A stretch of 64,000 bases of DNA from Longimicrobiales bacterium (GTDB lineage: Bacteria; Gemmatimonadota; Gemmatimonadetes; Longimicrobiales; Gaopeijiaceae): NCBI GenBank assembly GCA_965202805.1, contig OZ241869.1, forward strand, positions 512,001 through 576,000. The letters are read 5' to 3'. The translations under genes and the position numbers were made by a program. Below are positions 1-9,855 of the stretch, in pieces. Position 1 is the stretch's first letter; every line of letters starts with the position of its first letter. The notes under the pieces are model-generated. The model did not search any database. It was not told the DNA's origin and was given only the letters and a program-made list of their open reading frames with translations.

Positions 1-2285
1 GTCAAGCTCAGTTCTCCTACACCCTCGTCAACAAGCCATCGTTGAAAGAGGCGTACTTTGCACTCATATTGACTCTCTATTTTTACCAGTACTTTCCGTT
101 TTTCGAATTCCGCTAGTATCCGTTCGACGTCAGATTCCCCCATTCCAAATCGCGACACTCTCTCGGTGACGTTGTCCAAAGTACTGCTCTGCTTGGACCT
201 GAGGACCTCGCCAAGCGCTAGCAACACTCGGCGTCGGGCAGCCCTCTCTTCGGCAACTTTCTCGTCAGTCGGCGCGATTACGCCGTCGTCCCAGAAATGC
301 TGAAAGCTGTTGATGCCCACTGCTTCGACCGCCATACCGATCGCTTGATCCATCTCAACGCGGGTAACATCCGCATCTTTGCGCCGCTTCATATCCTCTA
401 CAAGCTCCGCACAAACGACCTTCGTAAAGTATGGGTTCCCTGCAGTATTGTCGTAGAGTTTCGCAACAGCCTCTTCCGAAATCGTAGCCCACTTGTTCCA
501 CTTGTTTAGTGGCCTTCGGACCAAGTCGACGAAATCCGACCACTGCGACTCGCGATCCAAATAGTCAAGCCGCAGCAGCGAGAACTTGTTGAGTCTCCCT
601 CCATGCGTACTCAGTATTTCGGCCATCCTCTCGCCACCGACCAAGATGAAGCCGAGAGATGCTTTGGCACTCAGCGACCTCAGGGTCACAAAAAAACTGC
701 GGCTCATATCGCCGCGGCGGTAGAGTTGGGTCGGAAGTTCGTCAAACTCATCGAGGACCACAACCAATCGGAGATCGGGATCTCGCTGGCGTGCCGCGTT
801 CAAGAAGTGATCCAGCGGCGCGAGCGTGCCCCGAAACTCCGGCACGGACAACCCCTGTAGTTTCGGATTGCCATAAATGAGGCGTGTACAGATCTCGTTT
901 CCAAGGTTACGAATAGTTTGTGTGGCATCGGGGACCACGAACAATCCAGCTTCCAGGGTGAGCAGTGTCACTCCCGCCATTTTGGGCAAGTCGGCCAACG
1001 TGACGACGACAGATGTCTTGCCGACCCGTCTCTGGCCGTAGACAAAGAACGACCCGACGCTGGGAGCAGTCAGTTTTGACACCAGCCGGGCAGTCTGTTC
1101 GGCACGGCCAATCAGATCGTCGGGCTCGCTCACGGGTTCAAGGCTGTAAGGCTGAGCATCGAGGCTCTCCCATGGGATATCGGCCGGTTGGGTGGGAAGC
1201 TCGATGAGCGCGTCCATATCCCCGTCCGTTCCGTCGCCGTTTTTCCACGTTAGCTTGTACTGCGCGAAGACAGAATCTTCCGGGGGCTTGCACACTCTGG
1301 CCGGAAATTCGACCGGCCCAAAAAACTGACCGGACTCGACATGGTCGAGGAATTGGGATGGTGACGGCAGCGAAAAGCAGTCGGCCGGTTTGATCGACAA
1401 TTCGACATCAAACGCAGGTCCTGGGCCTTTGTTCTCCACGACAAAGGCCAGTCGTATGTCTGCATCGACATTGACAAAAGGATACCTCTTACGGACGTCT
1501 TGCAAGACGAGCCGGCCGGGGCGATTCGCGGGACTGGCCTCGAAATGCGTCGTGACCTGGCGCTTCAGTTGATTGAAGAACGGTCGAAAGAATTGGGTGA
1601 CGTAAAAGGTGTCGTGTCGCGCACAGTCTTCGAGTACGCAGGTGAGGCTGGCTCTCGCGTCGTTGTGGGCCTGCATCGCGGATCGAGAGTGTGCCGACAT
1701 GTAATTGCCCACTCGCTTTAGGATTGCAGCGAGCTCTTGCTTTGACAGAAATTTCGGTAGGAACGGTTTGACGATCGCTCCGAACAGCAGTTGGCTGTAG
1801 AGCCGCATAATACGCTGACGGACCTGCTCGAAGTCGGCGAGAGATTCAGGGGGAGTCAGGGCCTTGGCAAGCATGACGTGAGCCTCTTCCGCAGCCCGCT
1901 CGTGTGCTTGCAGCTGTTCGTAACCCTGAAGTCCGCGGTCAATCTTTAATGCCTTGGCGACGTGGGGTAGCTTGCGGAATAGCTTTCGGACTGCCAGCTG
2001 TTGGTCAGAAGGTAGGTCGTAGACTTGCTTCGGCTGTGCGGAAAAGAGGCGAAGGAATACTGCGGCGAAAAACCGCTGATCGGCATTGGACTGGGTGTGT
2101 GACAGGACCTCTTTGAGAACTTCCGCATCGCTCGCCTGACCAGCGTCTCGACCCTGATGCGCAAGCATGGCTCGACAAAGCTGGCTGAATCGGTCCCGTC
2201 GACTTGACGCCGATACCAAGAGGAGGTGGTCGATCCGGCGACATGCGCGGGCCTGTCGACTAAGGTCCGACTGGCTAGGCATCAT
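1..2285 (-). CDS. Large STAND-like P-loop ATPase (helical N-terminus, Ig-like segment, ATPase, winged helix); 3' end is outside the window
   Basis: Hand translation shows no stop from ATG 2285 to base 1. Motifs: PYSLEPV..LIGR, Walker A YGQRRVGKTS, Walker B VVVLDEFDE, TAGNPYF, FQHFWDD, KVRLFQRWL. It is absent from the ORF track because the window truncates it. Confidence 0.85.
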   Translation of the reverse strand, partial: MMPSQSDLSRQARACRRIDHLLLVSASSRRDRFSQLCRAMLAHQGRDAGQASDAEVLKEVLSHTQSNADQRFFAAVFLRLFSAQPKQVYDLPSDQQLAVRKLFRKLPHVAKALKIDRGLQGYEQLQAHERAAEEAHVMLAKALTPPESLADFEQVRQRIMRLYSQLLFGAIVKPFLPKFLSKQELAAILKRVGNYMSAHSRSAMQAHNDARASLTCVLEDCARHDTFYVTQFFRPFFNQLKRQVTTHFEASPANRPGRLVLQDVRKRYPFVNVDADIRLAFVVENKGPGPAFDVELSIKPADCFSLPSPSQFLDHVESGQFFGPVEFPARVCKPPEDSVFAQYKLTWKNGDGTDGDMDALIELPTQPADIPWESLDAQPYSLEPVSEPDDLIGRAEQTARLVSKLTAPSVGSFFVYGQRRVGKTSVVVTLADLPKMAGVTLLTLEAGLFVVPDATQTIRNLGNEICTRLIYGNPKLQGLSVPEFRGTLAPLDHFLNAARQRDPDLRLVVVLDEFDELPTQLYRRGDMSRSFFVTLRSLSAKASLGFILVGGERMAEILSTHGGRLNKFSLLRLDYLDRESQWSDFVDLVRRPLNKWNKWATISEEAVAKLYDNTAGNPYFTKVVCAELVEDMKRRKDADVTRVEMDQAIGMAVEAVGINSFQHFWDDGVIAPTDEKVAEERAARRRVLLALGEVLRSKQSSTLDNVTERVSRFGMGESDVERILAEFEKRKVLVKIESQYECKVRLFQRWLVDEGVGELSL

Positions 2286-2320
2286 ACTCGAGCTATCCGG
2301 TATCGGTGACTCACCCCCCC

Positions 2321-4687
2321 CTACTCCGCCACCCCCTTCTCCCGCAAAATCTCCCACACCCGATCCGGCCGAATCGGGATCTCCACATGCGTCACCCCCA
2401 GGTGCGCCAGCGCATCCACCACCGCGTTGGCAATCGCCGGCGGCGCCCCCACCGTAGCCGACTCCCCGACCCCCTTCGCCCCCAGCGGATGATGCGGCGA
2501 CGGCGTCACCGTATGCCCGGTCTCCCACATGGGCGTCTCCACCGCGGTCGGCACCAAGTAGTCCATGAACGAGCCGGCCAGGTTGTTGCCGTCCTCGTCG
2601 TACGCCATCTCCTCGTACAACGCGGGACCCAGCCCCTGGGTCAACCCACCGTGGATCTGCCCCTGCACGATCATCGGGTTGATGATGTTGCCGCAGTCGT
2701 CCACCGCCACGAAGCGCCGCACGGTCACCTCGCCCGTCCCGCGGTCGATGTCCACCACGCAGATGTACGTTCCGAACGGGAACGTCAGGTTGGGCGGGTC
2801 GTAGTAGTTGGTCGCCTCCATTCCCGGCTCCATTCCCGGGGGCAGGTTGGTGTAGGCGGCGAAGGCGCAGTCCTGGATGGACACCGACTTGTCCGGGGCG
2901 CCCTTCACCGAGAAGGTGCCGGGCTCCCAGTCCAGGTCCTCCTCGCTCACCTCGAGCAGGTGCGCGGCGATCTTCGCGGCCTTGTCGCGGATCTGGCGCG
3001 CGGCCATCGCGCCCGCGGCGCCCGCGGTCGGGGTCGAGCGGCTCGCGTACGTCCCCAGGCCATACGGCGCCGTATCCGTGTCGCCCTCCTCCACCTGCAC
3101 GTGCTCGGCCGGGAGGCCCAGTTCCTCGGCGATGATCTGCGCGTACGTCGTCTCGTGGCCCTGGCCCTGCGACTTCGTCCCGAACCTGGCGATGGCCTTG
3201 CCGGTCGGGTGCACGCGCACCTCGGCCGAATCGAACATCTTGATGCCCAGGATGTCGAAGTCCTTCGACGGGCCGGCGCCGAGCACCTCGGTGAAGCTGC
3301 ACACGCCGATGCCCATCAGCTCGCCGCGCGCGCGCTTCTCGGCCTGCTCCGCGCGCAGGTCGTCGTAGCCGATCATCTCCCTGGCCTTGTCCATCGCGGC
3401 CTGGTAGTCGCCGCTGTCGTACTCCCAGCCCAGTGGCGAGTGGTACGGGAAGGCGTCCTTGGGGATGAAGTTCTCCTCGCGCAGCGTCGCGGGGTCCTTG
3501 CCCACCTTGTGCGCGAGCGTGTCCACGATGCGCTCCATGCAGTGCACGGCCTCGGTCACGCGGAAGGAGCAGCGGTACGCCACGCCTCCCGGCGGCTTGT
3601 TGGTGTAGACCGCGTCGACCTCGGCGTACGCCTGCTCCATGTCGTAGGACCCGGTGCAGATCGAGAAGAGGCCCGCGGGGAACTTGGACGGCGCGGCCTG
3701 GGCGTCGGAGTAGCCGTGGTCCGCGAGCGTCTTGATGCGGAGCGCCCGGATCTTGCCGTCGGCGTTGGCCGCGAGTTCGGCGTCCATGTGATAGTCGCGC
3801 GCGAAGGAGTCGGCCTGGAGGTTCTCCATCCGGTCCTCGATCCACTTGACCGGGGTGCCCAGCACCACCGACGCCGCGATGGCGATCACGTAGCCGGGGT
3901 AGACCGGCACCTTGCCGCCGAAGCCGCCCCCGATGTCGGGGCTCACCACGCGGATCTTCTCCTCGGAGAGCCCCACGTGGCCCGCCACCAGCGCGAGCAC
4001 GGTGCGGATGGCGTGCGGGGCCTGGGTGGTCATGTAGACGGTGAGGTGCCCCTCGACCGGGTTGAAGTCCGCGAGGCAGCCGCAGGTCTCGATCGACGCC
4101 ACGTGGATGCGCGGCACGTGCATCTTCTCGCGCACCACCACGTCGGCCTCGTCGAAGATCCGGTCCGTGGCCTCCTTGTCGCCCGCCTCCCAGTGCCAGA
4201 TGCGGTTGTCGGTCTTGCCTTCCTTGTCCACCCGCAGCACCGGCGCGTCGTCCTCGAGGGCCTTGAACGGGTCCATCACGGGGGTCATCGGCTCGTATTC
4301 GACCTCGACCGCGGCCACGCCGTCGGCGGCCGCATAGCGCGAGGTCGCGATCACGCCGGCCACCTCCTGCGCCTGGTACATGACCGTGTCGGTGGGGAGC
4401 ACCATCTGGGTGTCCGACATGAGGGTCGGCATCCAGTGGAGGTTGTACGCCTCCAGGTCCTTGCCCGTGAGCACGGCGAGCACGCCGGGGATCTCGAGCG
4501 CCTTGGAGCTGTCGATGTTCTTGATCTTGCCGTAGGCGATGGGGCTCCGGACGACGTCCAGCCACAGCATCCCCGGGAGCGTGAAGTCGTCGATGTAGTT
4601 GCCCTTGCCCTGCAGGAAGCGCGGGTCCTCCTTGCGCTTCATGGAGTGGCCCATGCCGCAGATTTTGGCGGATGTCTTCGGTGCCAT
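2321..4687 (-). CDS. coxL: Aerobic carbon monoxide dehydrogenase large subunit, form I
   Basis: Start [24 protein letters not shown]; active-site loop AYRCSFR (about 3560-3580); GGGFGGK and AKGVGES motifs; ATG overlaps the coxS stop. Confidence 0.95.
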   Translation of the reverse strand: MAPKTSAKICGMGHSMKRKEDPRFLQGKGNYIDDFTLPGMLWLDVVRSPIAYGKIKNIDSSKALEIPGVLAVLTGKDLEAYNLHWMPTLMSDTQMVLPTDTVMYQAQEVAGVIATSRYAAADGVAAVEVEYEPMTPVMDPFKALEDDAPVLRVDKEGKTDNRIWHWEAGDKEATDRIFDEADVVVREKMHVPRIHVASIETCGCLADFNPVEGHLTVYMTTQAPHAIRTVLALVAGHVGLSEEKIRVVSPDIGGGFGGKVPVYPGYVIAIAASVVLGTPVKWIEDRMENLQADSFARDYHMDAELAANADGKIRALRIKTLADHGYSDAQAAPSKFPAGLFSICTGSYDMEQAYAEVDAVYTNKPPGGVAYRCSFRVTEAVHCMERIVDTLAHKVGKDPATLREENFIPKDAFPYHSPLGWEYDSGDYQAAMDKAREMIGYDDLRAEQAEKRARGELMGIGVCSFTEVLGAGPSKDFDILGIKMFDSAEVRVHPTGKAIARFGTKSQGQGHETTYAQIIAEELGLPAEHVQVEEGDTDTAPYGLGTYASRSTPTAGAAGAMAARQIRDKAAKIAAHLLEVSEEDLDWEPGTFSVKGAPDKSVSIQDCAFAAYTNLPPGMEPGMEATNYYDPPNLTFPFGTYICVVDIDRGTGEVTVRRFVAVDDCGNIINPMIVQGQIHGGLTQGLGPALYEEMAYDEDGNNLAGSFMDYLVPTAVETPMWETGHTVTPSPHHPLGAKGVGESATVGAPPAIANAVVDALAHLGVTHVEIPIRPDRVWEILREKGVAE

Positions 4688-5166
4688 CAGTCGCCCTCCC
4701 CCATCCTGGCGGCGGCGTATTCCACCGCCTTGACGATGTTCACGTATCCGGTACAGCGGCAGAGGTTTCCGGAGATGGCCTCGCGGATCTCGGCTTCGCT
4801 GGGATTCGGATTGTCTTCGAGCAGCGCGGTCCCGGTCATGAGCATGCCGGGGGTGCAGAAGCCGCACTGGAGGCCGTGCTCCTGCTGGAAGCCTTCCTGC
4901 AGCGGCGTCATGCCGTCCGCGCCGGCGAGTCCTTCGACCGTGCCGATCTCGGCGCCGTCGGCCTGGACCGCGAGCATGGTGCACGACTTGGTGGGCGCGC
5001 CGTCGACCAGGACGGTGCAGGCGCCGCAGTGCGTGGTGTCGCAGCCGATGTGGGTGCCGGTGAGCGCGAGGTCGTCGCGGATCAGGTGCACGAGCAGGAG
5101 GCGCGAGTCGACCGTGGCCGAGTGCGCCGTGCCGTTCACCGTGACGGTGATCTGGTGTGTCGCCAT
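4687..5166 (-). CDS. coxS: CO dehydrogenase small (2x[2Fe-2S]) subunit
   Basis: [16 protein letters not shown] and CRCTGY motifs; start trimmed to MATHQITV. Confidence 0.95.
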   Translation of the reverse strand: MATHQITVTVNGTAHSATVDSRLLLVHLIRDDLALTGTHIGCDTTHCGACTVLVDGAPTKSCTMLAVQADGAEIGTVEGLAGADGMTPLQEGFQQEHGLQCGFCTPGMLMTGTALLEDNPNPSEAEIREAISGNLCRCTGYVNIVKAVEYAAARMGEGD

Positions 5167-5170
5167 GTCC

Positions 5171-6037
5171 CTAACCTCCTGCGCGCGCGAGCGCCTTGCG
5201 GATGGCACGGGCCGTGAGCACGCGGGCCATGTTCTGCTTGTATTCGACGGAGCCGCGCCGGTCGGCGATGGGCTCGGTGGCGTCGGCGGCGGCCTGCGCG
5301 GCGGCGGCGATGGCGGCGCCGCCGGGGGCCTGGCCCGTGAGCGCTTCCTCCGCGGCGGTCGCGCGGATGGGGGCGATGCCCAGGTTGGTGAGCCCGATGC
5401 CCGCGCTCGCCACGGTCCCGTCGTCGGCCAGCGAGAGCTGCACCGCGGATCCGGCCACGGCGTAGTCGCCCACCTTGCGCTCGAGCTTGACGTAGGCGCC
5501 GCCGCTGTTGGGGGCGGGCGCCGGGATGCGGATTTCGGTCAGGATCTCACCCTCTCCGAGCGCCGTCATGAAGAGCCCGAAGAAGAACTCGCCGATGTCG
5601 ATGGTGCGCGCGCCGTCCGGTCCCGTGGCCACCACCTCGGCGCCGAGCGCCAGCATGGTCGCGGGATGGTCGTTGGCGGGGTCGCCGTGCGCGATGTTGC
5701 CGCAGATGGTGGCGCGGTTCCGCACCAGCGGGTCGGCGATCACCTTCGCGGTGTCGAGCAGGATGGGATAGCGCTCCGCCACCACCGCCGACTGCTCGAG
5801 CTGGGTCTCGGTCACCAGCGCGCCGATGCGCAGGACGCCGTCCTCTTCCGCGAGCGTGTCGAGGCCCGGGATGCGCCCGATGTCCACGATGTTGGCCGGC
5901 GAGGCCAGGCGCAGCTTCAGCATCGGCAGGAGGCTCTGCCCGCCCGACATCACCTTCGGGTCGTCGAGGGAGCCGAGCAGCCCCAGCGCCTCGTCCAGCG
6001 AGCCGGGGGCGTGGTAGTCGAACTGCGGGGGAATCAT
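5171..6037 (-). CDS. coxM: CO dehydrogenase medium (FAD) subunit
   Basis: [18 protein letters not shown] and RNRATICGN motifs; M-S-L gene order. Confidence 0.95.
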   Translation of the reverse strand: MIPPQFDYHAPGSLDEALGLLGSLDDPKVMSGGQSLLPMLKLRLASPANIVDIGRIPGLDTLAEEDGVLRIGALVTETQLEQSAVVAERYPILLDTAKVIADPLVRNRATICGNIAHGDPANDHPATMLALGAEVVATGPDGARTIDIGEFFFGLFMTALGEGEILTEIRIPAPAPNSGGAYVKLERKVGDYAVAGSAVQLSLADDGTVASAGIGLTNLGIAPIRATAAEEALTGQAPGGAAIAAAAQAAADATEPIADRRGSVEYKQNMARVLTARAIRKALARAGG

Positions 6038-6058
6038 GTCTCAGCTCTCCTCTGCCGG

Positions 6059-6502
6059 TCAGGCCAGCGCTTTGGTGAGGTTTCCCACGAACTCCTGTAG
6101 CATCTTCTTCGACACGACCTGGATCATGCCGCGTCCCATCTGGGCCAGAATTCCGGTCACGACGACATCTGAATCGATCGTCACCTCGGTGCGCGTGTCG
6201 CCGTGGGCGACCACCTGGCTGGTCATGGTCATGTCGGCCGTGCCCATGCCCCGCTTGCCCCGGCCCCGCGCGCGCACCTCGACGGATCGCTCGTCCTCGT
6301 CCAACTGGAAGGATACGGTCCCGTCGTATGACACCGCGAGGGGTCCGACCTTCACCGACATCCCGCCCGAGTAGGTGTTGTCGTCGATCTGGTCGCCCAT
6401 GCTCGCGCCGGGAAGGAGGGTCGCGACCCGCTCGGGGTCGGAGAGCAGCGCCCAGACCTCGGCTGCGGGCGCGTCGATGGTGAAGCCGTCCTGGATTTTC
6501 AT
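6059..6502 (-). CDS. coxG: CoxG / SRPBCC-family protein
   Basis: VWALLSDPERVATLLPGA..VKVGP pattern; lies inside the cox cluster. Confidence 0.85.
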   Translation of the reverse strand: MKIQDGFTIDAPAAEVWALLSDPERVATLLPGASMGDQIDDNTYSGGMSVKVGPLAVSYDGTVSFQLDEDERSVEVRARGRGKRGMGTADMTMTSQVVAHGDTRTEVTIDSDVVVTGILAQMGRGMIQVVSKKMLQEFVGNLTKALA

Positions 6503-6518
6503 TCGGATGTTTCTCCGG

Positions 6519-7670
6519 TTATTTCAGATGGGGCAGGATCGCTTCCAGCGCTTCGAGATTGTGGGCGGGCACGAGACGGTCCACGTGCGGCAGCGCCGCC
6601 TGCATGCCCTTCGCCTCCGGGCGATAGCGCGGGTCGCCCATGAGCGGGTTCAGCCAGATGATCCGGCGGGCGCGCCGGCGGATGGCCAGCAGGGCCGTCT
6701 CCAGCGACCCGGTATCGCCCCGGTCGAGCCCGTCGCTCAGGATCAACACCGTGGTATCGCTTCGCACGGTGTGCCGCAAGTGGTTGTCGACGAACGCGAG
6801 CAGGCACTCGCCGATGCGGGTCCCGCCGGACCAGTCCTCCACGTTGCGCGCGAGCCGCTCCAGGGTGCCGGTCACGTCGCCGGTCCGGAGCCACGGGGTC
6901 AGGCGCGTGAGCGAGGTGTTGAAGGCGAAGATCTCGGTGCGGCGCGTGACCTTGCGCAGCGCGAAGACGAAGGCGAGCAGGAAGCGCGAGCAGGCGTCCA
7001 TGGACCCGCTGGTGTCGCAGAGGACGACCAGGCTGGGGAGCTCGACGGCCCGGGCGCGGCGCGCCAGCTCGACCATTTCGCCCCCGTGGGCCAGGGAGCG
7101 GCGGAAGCTCCGGCGCACGTCCACCACCGGGCCGCGCGCGGACGGCACCATGCGGCGGCTCGGCCGGGTGGCGATGCGGGCCGCGAGGCGTTCCAGCAGG
7201 CGCTCCATGTCGCGGAGGTCGTCCGGGGTGCACTCGTCGAAGACCTTCCTGCGCAGGAGCGCGCGCGGGCTGTAGCCGGGGAGGTCGCCGTCGGCGTCGG
7301 GCGCCTCGGCTTCGCCGCTGCCGGTACGTTCGTCGAGTTCGCGGCGGATGCGCGCGAGGGGGGCCTCGGTGTTCTCGTCGCCACGCCAGCGGCGCGGGGG
7401 CCGGGGGGCGCTCCGGTCGCGGGCGGGGCGGGGGAGGGCGGCGCGGCGCCAGCTCTCGTCGAAGAGGCGTTCGAACGCGGCCCACCAGCGGCGCGGGATC
7501 TTGAGCGCGCTGCGGAGCGCCAGCCGGACCTCCTCCGGGTCGCCGACGTCGATGAAGCGGAGGGCGGCGGCGCCGTCGATTTCGTCGCGCAGGCCGACGG
7601 GGACGCCGGCGTGGCGGAGTTCGCCGGAGAAACGGGCGAGGTGGGTGATGAGGTCCTGGCCCGCCATCAT
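6519..7670 (-). CDS. coxE: CoxE-type VWA domain protein
   Basis: MIDAS DTSGSM, WSGGTRIGE, LSDGLD and WLNPL motifs; start trimmed to MMAGQDL. Confidence 0.9.
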   Translation of the reverse strand: MMAGQDLITHLARFSGELRHAGVPVGLRDEIDGAAALRFIDVGDPEEVRLALRSALKIPRRWWAAFERLFDESWRRAALPRPARDRSAPRPPRRWRGDENTEAPLARIRRELDERTGSGEAEAPDADGDLPGYSPRALLRRKVFDECTPDDLRDMERLLERLAARIATRPSRRMVPSARGPVVDVRRSFRRSLAHGGEMVELARRARAVELPSLVVLCDTSGSMDACSRFLLAFVFALRKVTRRTEIFAFNTSLTRLTPWLRTGDVTGTLERLARNVEDWSGGTRIGECLLAFVDNHLRHTVRSDTTVLILSDGLDRGDTGSLETALLAIRRRARRIIWLNPLMGDPRYRPEAKGMQAALPHVDRLVPAHNLEALEAILPHLK

Positions 7671-8740
7671 CCGGCGCTCGCGCCCGCGAGCAGGGTTTCG
7701 ATGTCCTCCGCGTGGAGCAAGCTGATGTCGTGCTGATCCTTGACGACGCAGCCCAGGGTCTCGGAGACGATCTCTGCATCGAGGTGGTCCTGATGCAGGG
7801 TGACCAGGGCGCGGGCCCAGTCGAGCGTCTCGGCCACGCCGGGCGGCTTCATGAGGCGTCGCGTGCGCAGGCCCTGCACGACATGGGTGATCTGTGCGGC
7901 GAGGGCGTCGGTGATCCCGGGCACCTTGGCGCGGATGATTTCGACCTCCTTGGCGAAGGTCGGGTGCTCGATGTAGAGGTAGAGGCAGCGCCGCCGGAGC
8001 GCGTCGCCGATCTCGCGGCTCCGGTTGGAGGTGAGGACCACGAGGGGCCGGTGGGTCGCGCGGATGGTGCCCAGTTCGGGGATGGTCACCTGGAAGTCGG
8101 AGAGCACCTCGAGCAGGAAGGCCTCGAACCCCTCGTCGGCCCGGTCGATCTCGTCGATGAGCAGCACGGGCGGCGTGTCGCGGGTGATGGCGCGCAGCAG
8201 CGGCCGCTCGAGCAGGTAGCGGCGCCCGAAGATGACGCCTTCCAGGTGGTCGGCGCGGGTGTCGGGGCTTTGGCTGTATGGATTGCCATATCGGCCATCT
8301 GGTTTGCCATATGGACCATCTGGTTTTCCATACGCAGGGTCTGGTGGGCCACCCTCGTGCGCGGCGGTGGTTGTTCCGGGTAGGTCCCCGGCGTCCTGAT
8401 GCGCCCGCGCGCCCTCGGCGCGATCCGGCCCGCCCTCGGCGCGGTCGCCTGCGGCTTCCTCCGCTCCCATGCGCAAGCGCAGCAGCTGCTTCTGGTAGTT
8501 CCACTCGTAGAGGGCGGTGTTGACGTCGAGGCCCTCGTAGCACTGGAGGCGGATGAGCTCGGTCTCCATGAGGGCCGCCATCACCTTGGCGATCTCGGTC
8601 TTGCCGACCCCCGCGTCGCCTTCGACCAGGAGCGGCTTCTCCATCGCGCGCGCCAGGTGGACGGCGGTGACGATGGATGGCTCGGCGATGTAGTCCGCCC
8701 GGCGCATCGCCTCCTGCAGCGCGCGGATCTCGGGTCTCAC
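7667..8740 (-). CDS. coxD: CoxD-type MoxR AAA+ ATPase with an internal repeat insertion
   Basis: GDAGVGKT, RLQCYEGLD, LLIDEIDR and DALRRRC motifs; GTG start at 8740 overlaps the xdhC stop. Confidence 0.9.
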   Translation of the reverse strand: MRPEIRALQEAMRRADYIAEPSIVTAVHLARAMEKPLLVEGDAGVGKTEIAKVMAALMETELIRLQCYEGLDVNTALYEWNYQKQLLRLRMGAEEAAGDRAEGGPDRAEGARAHQDAGDLPGTTTAAHEGGPPDPAYGKPDGPYGKPDGRYGNPYSQSPDTRADHLEGVIFGRRYLLERPLLRAITRDTPPVLLIDEIDRADEGFEAFLLEVLSDFQVTIPELGTIRATHRPLVVLTSNRSREIGDALRRRCLYLYIEHPTFAKEVEIIRAKVPGITDALAAQITHVVQGLRTRRLMKPPGVAETLDWARALVTLHQDHLDAEIVSETLGCVVKDQHDISLLHAEDIETLLAGASAG

Positions 8741-9855
8741 GCCGGACCCGTCGCGGGGTTGGCGGCGAAGACCTCCGGGGTCGACTCGAAGAGGCCGCGG
8801 CAGCCCTCGCAGCAGAAGTAGAGGGTCCGGCCGGCGTGGACCGCCGAAGCGGACCCCGCCACCGGCACCGTCATCCCGCACACCGGGTCGGTAGCCCAGG
8901 CGGCCGCCTCCGCGCCGGCCGTGCCGGATCCGTTCCCCGTGCCGGCCCCTTCACCCGCTTCGGGCGTGCCGCCCCCGCCCGCCAGGTCCGCGCCGGCCGT
9001 GCCGGCCGCGCCACCCGTGCCGCCCGCGGCCGCGTCGCCCCCGCCCGCCGCGGCGTCGGTCGTTCCTCCCCCGCCCGCCCGCCGCGCCTCTCCGACGATC
9101 TCGGCCAGGATGCTCACGGCGATCTCCTCCGGCTGCTCGGCGCCCAGGTCGAGCCCGGCGGGCCCGCGTATGCGGCCGATCGCGTCGTCGCCGAGCCCGA
9201 GACCCGCCAGCACCGCGCGCACGCTCCGCATCCGCTTCGGGGATGCCACCACGCCCAGGTAGTCGGGCCCGGCGCCTGCCAGCAGGGCGAGCGTCCGCTC
9301 GTCCTCCCGTCCCATGGTCGCCACGACCGCGAACAGCCGCGTTCCGGGAGGACGGGAGGCGAGCAGCCCCGCCCGGGCCGCGAGGTCCTCCGCCTGCTCG
9401 TCGGCGAGGTCGGACATCTCCTCGCCGGTGGACGCGGCCGCCACCGTCCGGTATCTCATCGCGCGCCCCAGCCGGAGCAGCGCCAGCGCCACGGGAGAGT
9501 CACCCACCACCAGCAGGACGGGCGCCGGCAAAACGGGGTTGATGTGCACTTCCACTTTTCCTCCGCTCGCGCAGGACATGGATACCTTCACCAGGTCGTC
9601 GGGGCGCCCCTCGTCCGCCCCGAAGGCCAGCAGCCGGGGTTCTCCCAGGCGGAGCGCCTCCAGCGCATGGCGGATCACCTCGGAGCGGGTGCAGCTCCCG
9701 CCGATCCAGCCGTGCATGACTCCGTCCGGGTCGATCAGCGCCGCGTTGCCCGGCTTGCCGGAGGTGGGGCGCTCGCTCCGCACCACCGTGGCCAGCGCGA
9801 AGGGCCGCCGCTCGCGCTCCATCCGCGCCGCCCGGCGGAGCAGGTCGCCGGTCAA
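8737..9855 (-). CDS. xdhC: XdhC/CoxF-family molybdenum cofactor insertion chaperone with C-terminal YHS domain
   Basis: GWIGGSC, SCASGG and GLDLGAEQPEEIAVSI motifs; C-terminal DPVCGM..YFCCEGC (YHS) after an Ala/Gly linker. Confidence 0.9.
   Translation of the reverse strand: MTGDLLRRAARMERERRPFALATVVRSERPTSGKPGNAALIDPDGVMHGWIGGSCTRSEVIRHALEALRLGEPRLLAFGADEGRPDDLVKVSMSCASGGKVEVHINPVLPAPVLLVVGDSPVALALLRLGRAMRYRTVAAASTGEEMSDLADEQAEDLAARAGLLASRPPGTRLFAVVATMGREDERTLALLAGAGPDYLGVVASPKRMRSVRAVLAGLGLGDDAIGRIRGPAGLDLGAEQPEEIAVSILAEIVGEARRAGGGGTTDAAAGGGDAAAGGTGGAAGTAGADLAGGGGTPEAGEGAGTGNGSGTAGAEAAAWATDPVCGMTVPVAGSASAVHAGRTLYFCCEGCRGLFESTPEVFAANPATGPA

Noticed and set aside
297..2244. Many short ORFs on both strands in the first 2.3 kb
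   Set aside because: All overlap the single long minus-strand ATPase frame found by hand translation.
2306..6100. 1264-aa plus-strand ORF and similar long antisense ORFs (23107-26142, 27087-29867, 35228-37489, 37595-40561, 55584-58085)
   Set aside because: These are shadow frames of well-supported genes in high-GC DNA; they are Arg/Pro/Gly-rich and have no motifs.
8280..8342. 21-bp repeats as a CRISPR array
   Set aside because: They are directly tandem with no spacers, lie in frame inside coxD, and no cas genes are present.
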